Shown: in pieces, positions 18,997 to 27,634 of the stretch | Layout of the letters: the number at the start of each line of letters is the position of its first letter | How positions within the stretch are numbered: position 1 is the stretch's first letter | Made by a program: the position numbers and the translations under genes | Assembly (NCBI GenBank): GCA_913030615.1 | Contig: CAJWCW010000001.1 | Span: 1 to 47,774 of the forward strand | DNA from: an uncultured Gammaproteobacteria bacterium | GTDB taxonomy: Bacteria > Pseudomonadota > Gammaproteobacteria > Pseudomonadales > Azotimanducaceae | Direction: 5' to 3' | Length of the DNA: 47,774 nucleotides | The notes under the pieces: model-generated | Database searches by the model: none | What the model saw: only the letters and a program-made list of their open reading frames with translations | Told to the model about the DNA's origin: nothing

Positions 18997-19057
18997 CGGG
19001 GTGCTCCCGGTAAGAAATCGGTTTGCACGAACCAACGAATTTGTTAGGCGAAATGGT

Positions 19058-19084
19058 GAGCCCTCTACCGAACACCCAGGGCTC
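19058..19084. terminator. Weak candidate hairpin between convergent genes
   Basis: GAGCCCT (19058-19064) / AGGGCTC (19078-19084), a 7-bp stem with a 13-nt loop. The following tract is pyrimidine-rich, not a clean T-run. Confidence 0.25.
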
Positions 19085-19105
19085 CTTCTTCCTCACGAAA
19101 GCTGA

Positions 19106-21418
19106 CTAGTTAAAGCGGTTCCTGATGTCTTCCCGACGCTCTCGGATTTTGTTGGACTCCGACACGACGAAGGCGCGAATCGCCTCTGCTTGGTCGTCGT
19201 CGAGTGTGCCTTCGAAGCCCGCCATACCTTTATCCAGACGACTCCCCTGGAGAACGATGTCGGTGTATTGGTCGTGCGTATCCCGAGTCATCGCGCGGAG
19301 ATCTGGAATGGCGGTAGCGACGATGGATGTGACACCAATACCTCGATGACAGGTTGCGCAATGCGCATGATAGAGCGCGTCCCCCTGCTGAATTGTTTCC
19401 TCGGAAGCCTCGATGGTTGGTTGTTCTGGAATTTGCAGCTTTCTTTGTTCAGTCGACGCCATGACTTGATCGCCGCCTAGTTTGAACACAAGGACGGAAC
19501 CACGTAAATCGTAATTGTTGCCACTAACGACGGTGGCAACGTATTGAACACCGTCAATCATGTAGTTGATCAAAGACGACGAGAAACGACCGGATGTTTC
19601 ATAGCTCCAAATTGGCTCTCCGGTATCAGTATCCCGGGCCGTAAAACGGCCATTCCCCTCGCCTTGGAAAACGAGCCCCGTCGTTGTGGCCAAGACTCCG
19701 CCGTTGAATGCGGCGTCGAGCGGATGACGCCACTTGTGCTCGCCCGTCAATGGGTCGAACGCGGTTATGTATCCCTTGGTTTCGGGGCGAGGCCCGGCTT
19801 TGGCTTCGAGCGCTCGCCGATATTCGCCTTCTCCAATCCCGAGACTCAATCCCCTGGGCCGTATCTTGTATACCCCCGTTTTAACGAATGCCTCGTCGAG
19901 CGAATAGAAATTCGGGTAGTCGTGGTAATAGAAGTACATGACCCCGAGCGCTTGGTCCCAGGATTGCGGTTCCCAATTGTGGGCACCGGCGTTGGCGGGC
20001 AACATCCAATAACCGCTCTCTTCATAACGCGCTTCTGGATTTTCAACGGGTCGGCCCGTCTCCATGTCGATGTGGGTAGCCCAGTTGATTCCCTCGGTGT
20101 ATGGGTGCGCTCGTAGCAACGTTCCGTCGGTGCGATCAAGCACGTAAAAGAATCCGTTTTTCGGTGCTTGCAGAAGCACTTTGCGTACGACACCGTCGAC
20201 TTCCATTTCCGTCAGCGTCATATCCATGGCCGAGCTGTAATCCCAGTTATCGCCGGGTGTCGTTTGGTAGTACCAATTCATGCGACCGGTCTCAACGTTC
20301 ACTGAAACGATCGCCGTGAGAAACAGATCGTCGCCTCCACCTGGCGAGCGAATCGCCCGTGGCCACGGCGCTCCGTTGCCGACACCGATGTAGAGGCTGT
20401 TTAATTCTTCGTCATAGACGAGGGAATTCCACGCGGTACCACCGCCTCCGAACTTCCACCACTCGCCGCCCCATGTTTTCGCCGCCAGCTCCATTTCCGG
20501 ATGCTCGAAGGGCTTGCTCGGATCACCGGGCACTAAGTAAAAACGCCAATCGAGTTCGCCGGTATCGGCATCGTAGGCAGTTACGTATCCACGGCGTCGT
20601 CGGCTCTCTGAGCTACCTTGTCCGATGTAGATCTTGCCAGCTGCAGCCCTAGGTGCGCCGGTGATATTGAAGCGATCTAATGCGGACGGATGCCACGTGT
20701 CGACGCCCCAGACTTTCTCACCCGTACTGGCGTCAATTGCAAGCAGCCGACCGTCGAATGTGGCGACGTAGACCCTTCCTTTGTAGACGGCGACGCCGCG
20801 ATTAGTGGGTAGGTCGAACGCGTACTGAATGTAGCTTCGGTCCGTCTGTGGATCGAAGGTCCAAATTTCTTTCCCCGATATTGCGTCTATCGCGTAGACC
20901 ACACTTAAACCGTTGGTGACGTACATCACACCGTCAACCACTAAAGGGGTGGCTTGCATCCGCTCCATCGAGCCAATGGCCTTTGTCCAAGCGAGCCCCA
21001 AGTTAGAGACGTTGTCCTTATCGATTTGTGTGAGCATGGAAAATCGGTGCTCTTTGTACGTTTGACCGTAGGCTAGCCAGCTTCCTGGTTCGTTCGCGGA
21101 AGCCGCGACGATTCGTGCGTCGTCAACGTTACCGACCGACGACGTGACTATAGGTTCCGGTGTTTGTTCGGATCGTTCTCTTGTCGAAGATGACTCATCG
21201 GCGCAACTCGACAAGAAAGTTATTACTAGTCCGGCGATAACGCATCGAGAAAGTGGATCAAAGATCGTCAGTTTCACGGCTGCTTTTGGCGTTCCGATTC
21301 GTTCGATGTAATTGTCGAGAACAATATCAGAATACTTATTTGCGCGAAGAGGATGCGAGGTTGGCAGGGGAGATGGTTTGGACGTCGTTCTAGAAACATT
21401 CAACTTCGTCGGAAACAC
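19106..21418 (-). CDS. PQQ-dependent quinohemoprotein alcohol dehydrogenase (type II), probably lipoprotein-anchored
   Basis: Eight-bladed propeller-type sequence with W-rich repeats and GDNWDYSS. C-terminal cytochrome c domain with CATCH. A possible true start is GTG 21277 (KLTIFDPLSRCVIAGLVITFLSSC). Confidence 0.85.
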   Translation of the reverse strand: MFPTKLNVSRTTSKPSPLPTSHPLRANKYSDIVLDNYIERIGTPKAAVKLTIFDPLSRCVIAGLVITFLSSCADESSSTRERSEQTPEPIVTSSVGNVDDARIVAASANEPGSWLAYGQTYKEHRFSMLTQIDKDNVSNLGLAWTKAIGSMERMQATPLVVDGVMYVTNGLSVVYAIDAISGKEIWTFDPQTDRSYIQYAFDLPTNRGVAVYKGRVYVATFDGRLLAIDASTGEKVWGVDTWHPSALDRFNITGAPRAAAGKIYIGQGSSESRRRRGYVTAYDADTGELDWRFYLVPGDPSKPFEHPEMELAAKTWGGEWWKFGGGGTAWNSLVYDEELNSLYIGVGNGAPWPRAIRSPGGGDDLFLTAIVSVNVETGRMNWYYQTTPGDNWDYSSAMDMTLTEMEVDGVVRKVLLQAPKNGFFYVLDRTDGTLLRAHPYTEGINWATHIDMETGRPVENPEARYEESGYWMLPANAGAHNWEPQSWDQALGVMYFYYHDYPNFYSLDEAFVKTGVYKIRPRGLSLGIGEGEYRRALEAKAGPRPETKGYITAFDPLTGEHKWRHPLDAAFNGGVLATTTGLVFQGEGNGRFTARDTDTGEPIWSYETSGRFSSSLINYMIDGVQYVATVVSGNNYDLRGSVLVFKLGGDQVMASTEQRKLQIPEQPTIEASEETIQQGDALYHAHCATCHRGIGVTSIVATAIPDLRAMTRDTHDQYTDIVLQGSRLDKGMAGFEGTLDDDQAEAIRAFVVSESNKIRERREDIRNRFN

Positions 21419-21509
21419 TTGGCGACGATTACTTGGCTAAACCCCCATCCGGGCGATGACTTAGACTATATTGTCGGACTAGACGCTTTGGTAAAACAGT
21501 CGGTTCGAA

Positions 21510-22433
21510 GTGAAAGTCATAGTCAAAGTGGCCTTGTGGGCGCTCGGAATTATCGGCGTGTTGGCGATCGTGATAGTGGCGCTCGCCTCGTGGTGGTTTC
21601 GTCCCCTCGACCACACGGTGCCCCACGGGGATGAATGTCTCGATCAACCGCAGGGTACGTACGAACGGTGTTGGGATATTCTCGTGCCTGACGGTGTTGG
21701 AACGGAGGTTCCGCTGCTTCTCGATCTTCACGGTTACCTCGGCAACAAGGCGCAACAGCGGGGCTTATCAGGCTTCGAGGAAATTGCACAGCGGGAAGGA
21801 TTCATCGTCGCTTGGCCTCAGGGTATCCAAAGAAGTTGGAACGCGGGTGGTGTCCAATGGTTATCGGCGAATGAGGCTCCCGAGGTGCCCGGCCAAGGCT
21901 GTTGCGGTACGGCAATTTTCGAAGAGATCGACGATGTTGCCTTTATACGCGACATGGTGGTGCAACTGATGCGCCAATACTCGATCGATCGCGAGCGCGT
22001 TTATGTCTCGGGACTTTCTAACGGTTGTGCGATGACGCAGAGGTTGGCGGCGGAAGCGAGCGACGTTTTTTCGGGTGCCGCCTGCATGTCGATGTATTTA
22101 TTGAGCGATGTGCCGGCGACGTATACACCGATGCCCGTTATGGAAATACACGGTACTGCTGACAGGGTCGTGGATTACTACGAAGGCAAATGGAATGGAG
22201 CAATGAAAAACTTCGAGAATTGGAGAATTCGTAACGGGTGTTCAGGAGAGGGTGAAGTAGTTTGGCGGGAAGGTCGCCACGAACTTATGAGGGCGTCTGG
22301 GTGTATTAATGGCGCCGATGTCGCACTACTTAGCGTGTTCGAAGGCGGTCATCTACCGTACAAGGGTAGGTCGCTCGACTTGAACACCAGCGAAATAGCG
22401 TGGACTTTCCTTAAGGAAAACGCGCCGAGATAG
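21510..22433 (+). CDS. PHB-depolymerase-family esterase (LpqC/COG3509-like)
   Basis: N-terminal TM/signal segment. LLLDLHGYLGN, WNAGG..CCG, DDVAFIRDMV, and YVSGLSNGCAM as the nucleophile elbow. Confidence 0.75.
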   Translation: MKVIVKVALWALGIIGVLAIVIVALASWWFRPLDHTVPHGDECLDQPQGTYERCWDILVPDGVGTEVPLLLDLHGYLGNKAQQRGLSGFEEIAQREGFIVAWPQGIQRSWNAGGVQWLSANEAPEVPGQGCCGTAIFEEIDDVAFIRDMVVQLMRQYSIDRERVYVSGLSNGCAMTQRLAAEASDVFSGAACMSMYLLSDVPATYTPMPVMEIHGTADRVVDYYEGKWNGAMKNFENWRIRNGCSGEGEVVWREGRHELMRASGCINGADVALLSVFEGGHLPYKGRSLDLNTSEIAWTFLKENAPR

Positions 22434-22438
22434 TTTGT

Positions 22439-22732
22439 TTAATTTCGCCGACTGATTTCACAATCCACTTCAAGCCTCGCATTGGGAGAACAGTGTCCGT
22501 CCTTACACTCGACGGGCGTACGATAGGGATGGCATATCGTTTCGTCGGGGAAATAAACCTCGGATTTGTCATATTGGTGCGGCGTCGCACAGCCACTGCA
22601 TAGGAAAATGAGATATCCCCAAAGCCAACGGTTGTGGCCACTGCGCTTCAAGCCGTCAATGACCCATCTGGATTTCTGAGCGACCGCAGAATCTCCCGTA
22701 GTCCGTAATGCACCGAACGATCGTCGCCTCAT
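22439..22732 (-). CDS. Hypothetical small Cys-rich exported protein
   Basis: 97-aa ORF with hydrophobic WLWGYLIFLCSGC and 6 Cys. No family recognised. Start uncertain. Confidence 0.3.
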   Translation of the reverse strand: MRRRSFGALRTTGDSAVAQKSRWVIDGLKRSGHNRWLWGYLIFLCSGCATPHQYDKSEVYFPDETICHPYRTPVECKDGHCSPNARLEVDCEISRRN

Positions 22733-22875
22733 GTCTTGACCTGTTATTTAGCCTGGCAGTACCTATGGCGACTATAGCAACCGCCGATCGTAGGAGAACG
22801 CAGAGAACGAAATTTCTGGGATGAGGTCGAGCGTGTGGGGGGATGCGAACGTTTGCGATCTAGTATGATAAGTCG

Positions 22876-23091
22876 ATGATTATCTGTTACTGCTTTCAAG
22901 TAACGAAGGAAGACATCGAGTCTCGTATCGCGAACGGAGAAACGCTTGCAGGTATCCGTGCGACGACTGGTTTGGGCTACGGATGCGGTGGTTGCGCGTC
23001 GCTAGCCGAACGTGCCTGGGGTGAAGAGTCGGAGCCAGAAGCCACCAACGGTTCGAGGCCTCGGACTGTCGGAGTTAAGACTTTTCCATAG
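22876..23091 (+). CDS. BFD-like [2Fe-2S]-binding domain protein
   Basis: 71 aa. MIICYCFQVT ... GYGCGGCA gives the C-x-C ... C-x-x-C pattern of bacterioferritin-associated-ferredoxin-type domains. Confidence 0.75.
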   Translation: MIICYCFQVTKEDIESRIANGETLAGIRATTGLGYGCGGCASLAERAWGEESEPEATNGSRPRTVGVKTFP

Positions 23092-23143
23092 AACGGAGTC
23101 TCGGAGGGAGGTGGCCACAGAGGAGATCAGAACGCAAAAGTGG

Positions 23144-24286
23144 TTAACGATCCCCTGGTGCCATGTAGAACCAAATCGGTTGCTTCTCGCCGGCTTCGCG
23201 CATTGCAGATCGAGCTTCCAGCAAGAGCTTTCCACCTTCAGTGCTATCGAAAAACCAGCGGGTCCCTGACCAAGCAGCGGGAATGTGATCGCTAAGTCCT
23301 AAGGCGGCCGTCTCGTAATAACCGCGAATGTCTTGTGCGACGCGGGCAGGGATGCCCGGTATACCGGCTTTTTTCCAGGGGCTCCCGTTCGCGACTTGAA
23401 TTAACGATAGGAGAGCGTCTTCGATGCCGTCAGCGTCAACAACTCGCCCGGTCCCTGAGTGATTACCGAATTGTTTGACGGCTCTTTCGTACGCCGGGCG
23501 GAGGCCACGAGCTTCGTCGATGGCGGGAGGTAAATCAGCAGTACTACGCGGCGGCAACGGACAAGTGAGGAGCTCTGCTTCGTCGGTGACGGCCTCTCCA
23601 AAATCTTCCAAAACCGGGCCTTCAGCTTGCAGTAATCGGAACGCGTGTTCTAGCACTCGATGCTGGAACGCGGGATCGCCGGGTTTTCCTAAGGGTCGAC
23701 CTAGGGGGAAATCGCACCAGAGTCCCCGAGGAGGAGCGGCGCCTTCGAGTTGTTTTCTTATCGAGCCGAGCGCGACGGTTGCAATGCCGTGTGCTTCGAA
23801 GACGTGGGCAAGCGTACTCACGGTACGTGTACACAAGGGTCAGACCGGGGTCAGTAGAACGACGTCGACACCTTGCTTCTTCAATAGAGTGGCACCGGCA
23901 GGGCCACTATCCATTCGGATCGCTGTCAGATCAAACTGATTACCTGCGTACGATAGATGCGAATCGGACACTCGCCCGATGGTTCCTTGAGACGCGAGTT
24001 CGTCGAGCCGATCCAAGGGAATGATGGTGTTGATGTCGCTAGCAAAGCCGACACTGTCGAAATTTGGGCTCCAGTGGCCGGTTTGGTAATCGCGTCTTTT
24101 CCCGTCCAGTACACGGAATCCCGTATCGTTGGGAGCGAAATCGTCTTGGTCTGCGTGATGAAGGGAGGCCGACGTGACGATCGCCACATTGGCTTGGCTT
24201 AAATGGGGTGGCGTCGTGAAAGCGGTCGTGTCGAATATGGGCGCTTCGACATCTTCCGCCATCTCCTTTACCTGCCTGTCTGCCAT
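23144..24286 (-). CDS. Predicted selenoprotein: glycine/sarcosine/betaine/D-proline reductase selenoprotein B (GrdB/PrdB) family-like protein (in-frame TGA at 23840-23842)
   Basis: Track ORFs 23840..24286 and 23144..23836 share one frame and are separated only by TGA + CCC. The junction reads GVDVVLLTPV-TGA-PLCTRTVSTLAHVFEAHGIATVALGS. Upstream, DINTIIPLDRLDELASQGTIGRVS matches my recollection of the GRDB domain. Strong RBS AAGGAGGAAGGAG before ATG 24286. 380 aa, U at residue 149. Confidence 0.72.
23813..23827 (-). promoter_or_regulatory. Candidate SECIS-like hairpin for the GrdB-like UGA
   Basis: The mRNA segment CGUAC-CGUGA-GUACG forms 5 bp with a 5-nt loop containing G. The loop starts 17 nt after the UGA. 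It is a short stem and was folded by eye. Confidence 0.3.
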
Positions 24287-24373
24287 CTCCTTCCTCCTTG
24301 CGTAATCAATGCGTTGAAAGGTTCGTTCGTGTGGTGATCGTTACGTTTGCACTTGGTATCCAAAGCCAACGAC

Positions 24374-25471
24374 CTAAATCGGTTGACTGACACTGTAGGT
24401 ATTCGGTTCGAGCTTTTCTGCTATTTCTCTTGTCAGCTCGCCGACTGGGTTAAATGCACCGTTCTCCAGTTCTTGTCGAACCTTCAACGCGTTCTTGCTC
24501 AGGCCCATTCGACGCAACAGCTTATCGCTCGCGTTAGCGATGATGTCGGGGCTGACCATAAGCATCCAACTCTCTTGCTGACGGAGCCACGTCTTGTTAT
24601 TAGCTTGAGTCATTACGTAACGCCATTCTTTTGATCGGTTGGCGCCGGTGCCATGTAATGTCCTGCCATCAAAGAGCATCACGGTACCTGCCGGTGCTTC
24701 GAGATTGATTGCAGGAGGCAGCTTTCCAACCTCGCCACCACTTCCGGCTTCGGAAAGAATCCGGTGGGAGCTTGGGATCAATAGTGTTCCACCATTTTTT
24801 TCGTTGACGTCTTGGAGTATGTACATGGTGTTGACTAACACCGGCGATTGCGGCGTTTGCAGCGGCAGGATGGCCCCCTGGTCCTGGTGAAGTGTCTGTG
24901 GTTTGCAGCCCGGGTAGGAGATATTCCCTGCCATGCTGTAGCTGTACCAACGTGTACCTAGAAACTCGTTCAACAGTTGTTCGATGACACGGCCCCCTTG
25001 GATCCATTCTGGGTCGTGTTCAATGCAGCGCCGGAAACACTCCCCTTTGTTGATGAGATACCAGACGATTTGGAAGAACGGAGTGAAGTGGGCAATATTC
25101 GCGATGCGTTCAGCTTCGGCTTGTTCTTCGAGGCGAGCTCGAAGCACGGCACGGGATTCTTCGCCGATCGCGTCCTCGATTAGGCAAAAGCCCCAGTCGA
25201 AAAAGTCGTGTCGCAGTTGGTTCAGGTCTTTGGTCGGCGTGGGTAAATCGTAATTCTTCCAATAAGAATGCTTTCTGGGAACCGTCGTGTCGTAGAACTT
25301 ACCTTCTCCCCAAACAAGCTCGTCATCTTCTGCTGGGCCCTGAAGCCACGGGTTGTTGGCGAGCATCGACTTGTATGGTTCCTGGCATTCGAGAAATTCC
25401 TTGAACGGTAAAAAGGCTTCTGCAGACGCGGCCTCGATCGCCTCTTGAGTAAATTCTTGTGGAATTGACAT
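24374..25471 (-). CDS. Phytanoyl-CoA dioxygenase (PhyH) family Fe(II)/2OG oxygenase
   Basis: 365 aa. LHQDQG (HxD), GGTLLIPSSHR, RTLHGTGANRS. Confidence 0.8.
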   Translation of the reverse strand: MSIPQEFTQEAIEAASAEAFLPFKEFLECQEPYKSMLANNPWLQGPAEDDELVWGEGKFYDTTVPRKHSYWKNYDLPTPTKDLNQLRHDFFDWGFCLIEDAIGEESRAVLRARLEEQAEAERIANIAHFTPFFQIVWYLINKGECFRRCIEHDPEWIQGGRVIEQLLNEFLGTRWYSYSMAGNISYPGCKPQTLHQDQGAILPLQTPQSPVLVNTMYILQDVNEKNGGTLLIPSSHRILSEAGSGGEVGKLPPAINLEAPAGTVMLFDGRTLHGTGANRSKEWRYVMTQANNKTWLRQQESWMLMVSPDIIANASDKLLRRMGLSKNALKVRQELENGAFNPVGELTREIAEKLEPNTYSVSQPI

Positions 25472-25480
25472 GGTGGAATC

Positions 25481-26395
25481 CTAACCGCCTAGCGACGATT
25501 CATTGATTGACGAAGGGTGAAAGTCACTGGCTCGATGATCCGCGAAGGTTGGCGCAAGTTCGGATTCCGGCTCGCCAGAAATTCGTGATGCTCTGAGTAT
25601 TCGAGGTTGGTTGGTGTCGTACGGTCTCGCTCGATGCATGACGCAGCGATTATCCCAAACAACGATATCGCCGACGCACCAACTATGTTTATAGGTTCTT
25701 GGAGGCTGGCAGGCATTGTCCAAGAGATCGGATAGTAATGTTTCGGATGCGAGCGGGCTCATCCCCGGGATTCCATAGGCATGCCGACCGGTATAGATGG
25801 ATTTACGTCCGGTTTCGGGGTGCTTCTTAACGATGGGTCGAAGCGGAGCGCCTTTGTCATGAAACCCGTATACGTGATCGGTCGTGTGAACGTACCCGGC
25901 CGTCGATTGCGAGTAATAAAGCGAATGGTAGGCGGACATTCCTTGCAGTTGTTCTTGGGTGTCGGCGTCGAGCTTATCCCATGCAGCTCGCATGTCGGCG
26001 AATTCCGTTTCGCCATTTTCTGGCGGTACGACCAGTGCCGCTAGCATGCCGGCTTTCGCAGCAAGCGGCATGTAGGTACTGTCCGTGTGCCAACCTTCGT
26101 TTCCCTTCATGAGACGGAATCCTTGGTCGTCCGGTTTGACCGTTTCGCCATTGGGTTTTTGGTTCGAAAATTGTAGCGTTGGCCCCGCTTGTTTTGGATG
26201 TAACTTTTCGGTGTTGCCGAAACGTAAAGCAAATTTTCCCTGTGAGTCCTCGGACAAGTGCTGACCAGGGAAAATCAAAACGCCGTATTCCAGGAAGTTA
26301 GTGTGGATTGCTTGCCAAAGGTCATCCTTCACGTTCGCAAGGTCGACGTCAGTTATGACTGCGCCTAACGTGGCATCGGTAGGTATGACATTCAT
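25481..26395 (-). CDS. TauD/TfdA family Fe(II)/2OG dioxygenase
   Basis: 304 aa. WHTDSTY (HxD) and WDNRCVMHRA. There is a 9-nt gap to the downstream PhyH gene. Confidence 0.85.
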   Translation of the reverse strand: MNVIPTDATLGAVITDVDLANVKDDLWQAIHTNFLEYGVLIFPGQHLSEDSQGKFALRFGNTEKLHPKQAGPTLQFSNQKPNGETVKPDDQGFRLMKGNEGWHTDSTYMPLAAKAGMLAALVVPPENGETEFADMRAAWDKLDADTQEQLQGMSAYHSLYYSQSTAGYVHTTDHVYGFHDKGAPLRPIVKKHPETGRKSIYTGRHAYGIPGMSPLASETLLSDLLDNACQPPRTYKHSWCVGDIVVWDNRCVMHRARPYDTNQPRILRASRISGEPESELAPTFADHRASDFHPSSINESSLGG

Positions 26396-26626
26396 CGGCC
26401 ATGTCCATCATTATTCGAGACGAACCATTTTACCCACTTCGTCAGTCTTGCCGCGATCATTAGTCTTGTGGACCAGCGTATGCGTCTCACGCTCGATCGG
26501 CGGCAGGACAGTTTGAACGGTACCCAAGTCTGTATAGGAATACGCGGCCCGGAGCTCCGCTTTGACGGCGACCTAAGCCTGCAGTAATTTGAGACGCGGA
26601 CGCCGCTCCAAGCAGTGTCTGAAAAA

Positions 26627-26671
26627 GGGGCTCACAGGCGTTGGGAGGGGAGAGAGATACCTGTGAGCCCC
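26627..26671. repeat. Palindromic (REP-like) repeat, copy A
   Basis: GGGGCTCACAGG (26627-26638) and its exact reverse complement CCTGTGAGCCCC (26660-26671), separated by 21 nt. The same arms recur at 42110-42152. Confidence 0.7.
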
Positions 26672-26918
26672 GAACTGAATTTTCTTCTTGGTCAGTATTC
26701 GTTTCTAAAGACTTTGACCCGCTGACCGGTTAAAGGTTCCGCATTGCTCGCGTAGCAAACAGAGTTGAAACTGAGATGGGCGGACATGCGTCTCAGCTTT
26801 CGGGCGGGCAAGTTGATCGTATGACGAGGAGGGGTTCGCTTTCGTATGCTTACTTCGCGTCTTAATCGATGCGCGCGATGTATCGCGCAATCTTGGCATG
26901 AATAGTGGGAGGCATTCG

Positions 26919-27560
26919 ATGGCTGAAAACACAAACCTCAGTTTTTTCGACCTTGTTGGCAACGTTCGGGCGATGCGTAGGTTGAAACCTGATCCCGTTC
27001 CAATGGAATTGATATGGAAGATCCTTAATGCTGGGGTGCAGGCCCCCTCTGGCCAAAATACCCAGCCGTGGCGCTTTGTGTTGGTCTCAGAACCCGCGGG
27101 CAAAAAATGGTTTGCCGATCACTACAAGCGTGCGATTGAGAAACGGTCTGCGCTGACGCGAGGTGCTTCCCGGCGTAGGGAAGACCCCGGTCGCCAATTG
27201 AAGGCCCTCTATTATCAAATCGACCACATGCATGAAGTACCGTACCTATTATTTGTTTGTGGAAAATGCGACTGGCCGTTTAAGGTCCCGGAGCACGAAC
27301 GTGTTGGCGAGGGCCCGCCGAACTACGGCGCGGTCTATCCGTGTGTACAAAACATCCTATTGGCGTGTCGAGCTTTGGGCCTAGGAGCGGCGCTAACGAC
27401 CATGCACCAGGTATTCGAGGAAGAGCTACATACATATTTTAACATTCCTCGGGATTATGGCGTTGTGGTGACCGTGCCCATCGGGTACCCGATGGGCAAT
27501 TTTGGGCCGGTCACAAGACGCCCGGCTGAAGACCTTACTTTTATTGAACGTTGGGGATAG
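26919..27560 (+). CDS. Nitroreductase family protein
   Basis: RAMRRLKPDPVP ... APSGQNTQPWRFVLV. ATG 26919 has GGGAGG 7 nt upstream. The track start 26898 is an upstream ATG. Confidence 0.8.
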   Translation: MAENTNLSFFDLVGNVRAMRRLKPDPVPMELIWKILNAGVQAPSGQNTQPWRFVLVSEPAGKKWFADHYKRAIEKRSALTRGASRRREDPGRQLKALYYQIDHMHEVPYLLFVCGKCDWPFKVPEHERVGEGPPNYGAVYPCVQNILLACRALGLGAALTTMHQVFEEELHTYFNIPRDYGVVVTVPIGYPMGNFGPVTRRPAEDLTFIERWG

Positions 27561-27634
27561 GCTCGAAGAATCACTAGACACGCTCGATTGGCCTTGTCCA
27601 AATACCAGTCTTGCGACCGCCTTGCCGCTGCGGG

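Noticed and set aside
18994-19047. The TGA stop of the small cupin, followed by 16 open codons (RGAPGKKSVCTNQRIC) before a TAG: a C-terminal Sec extension?
   Set aside because: There is no redox motif around the TGA. The extension is short and basic. The cupin barrel is complete before the stop.
23475-23939. Long antisense ORFs (for example 23475..23939 +, 11339..11863 -, 16312..16815 +, 19544..20116 +, 28101..28403 +)
   Set aside because: These are shadow ORFs opposite genes with clear domain motifs. Their products are Arg/Ser/Pro-rich low-complexity strings.
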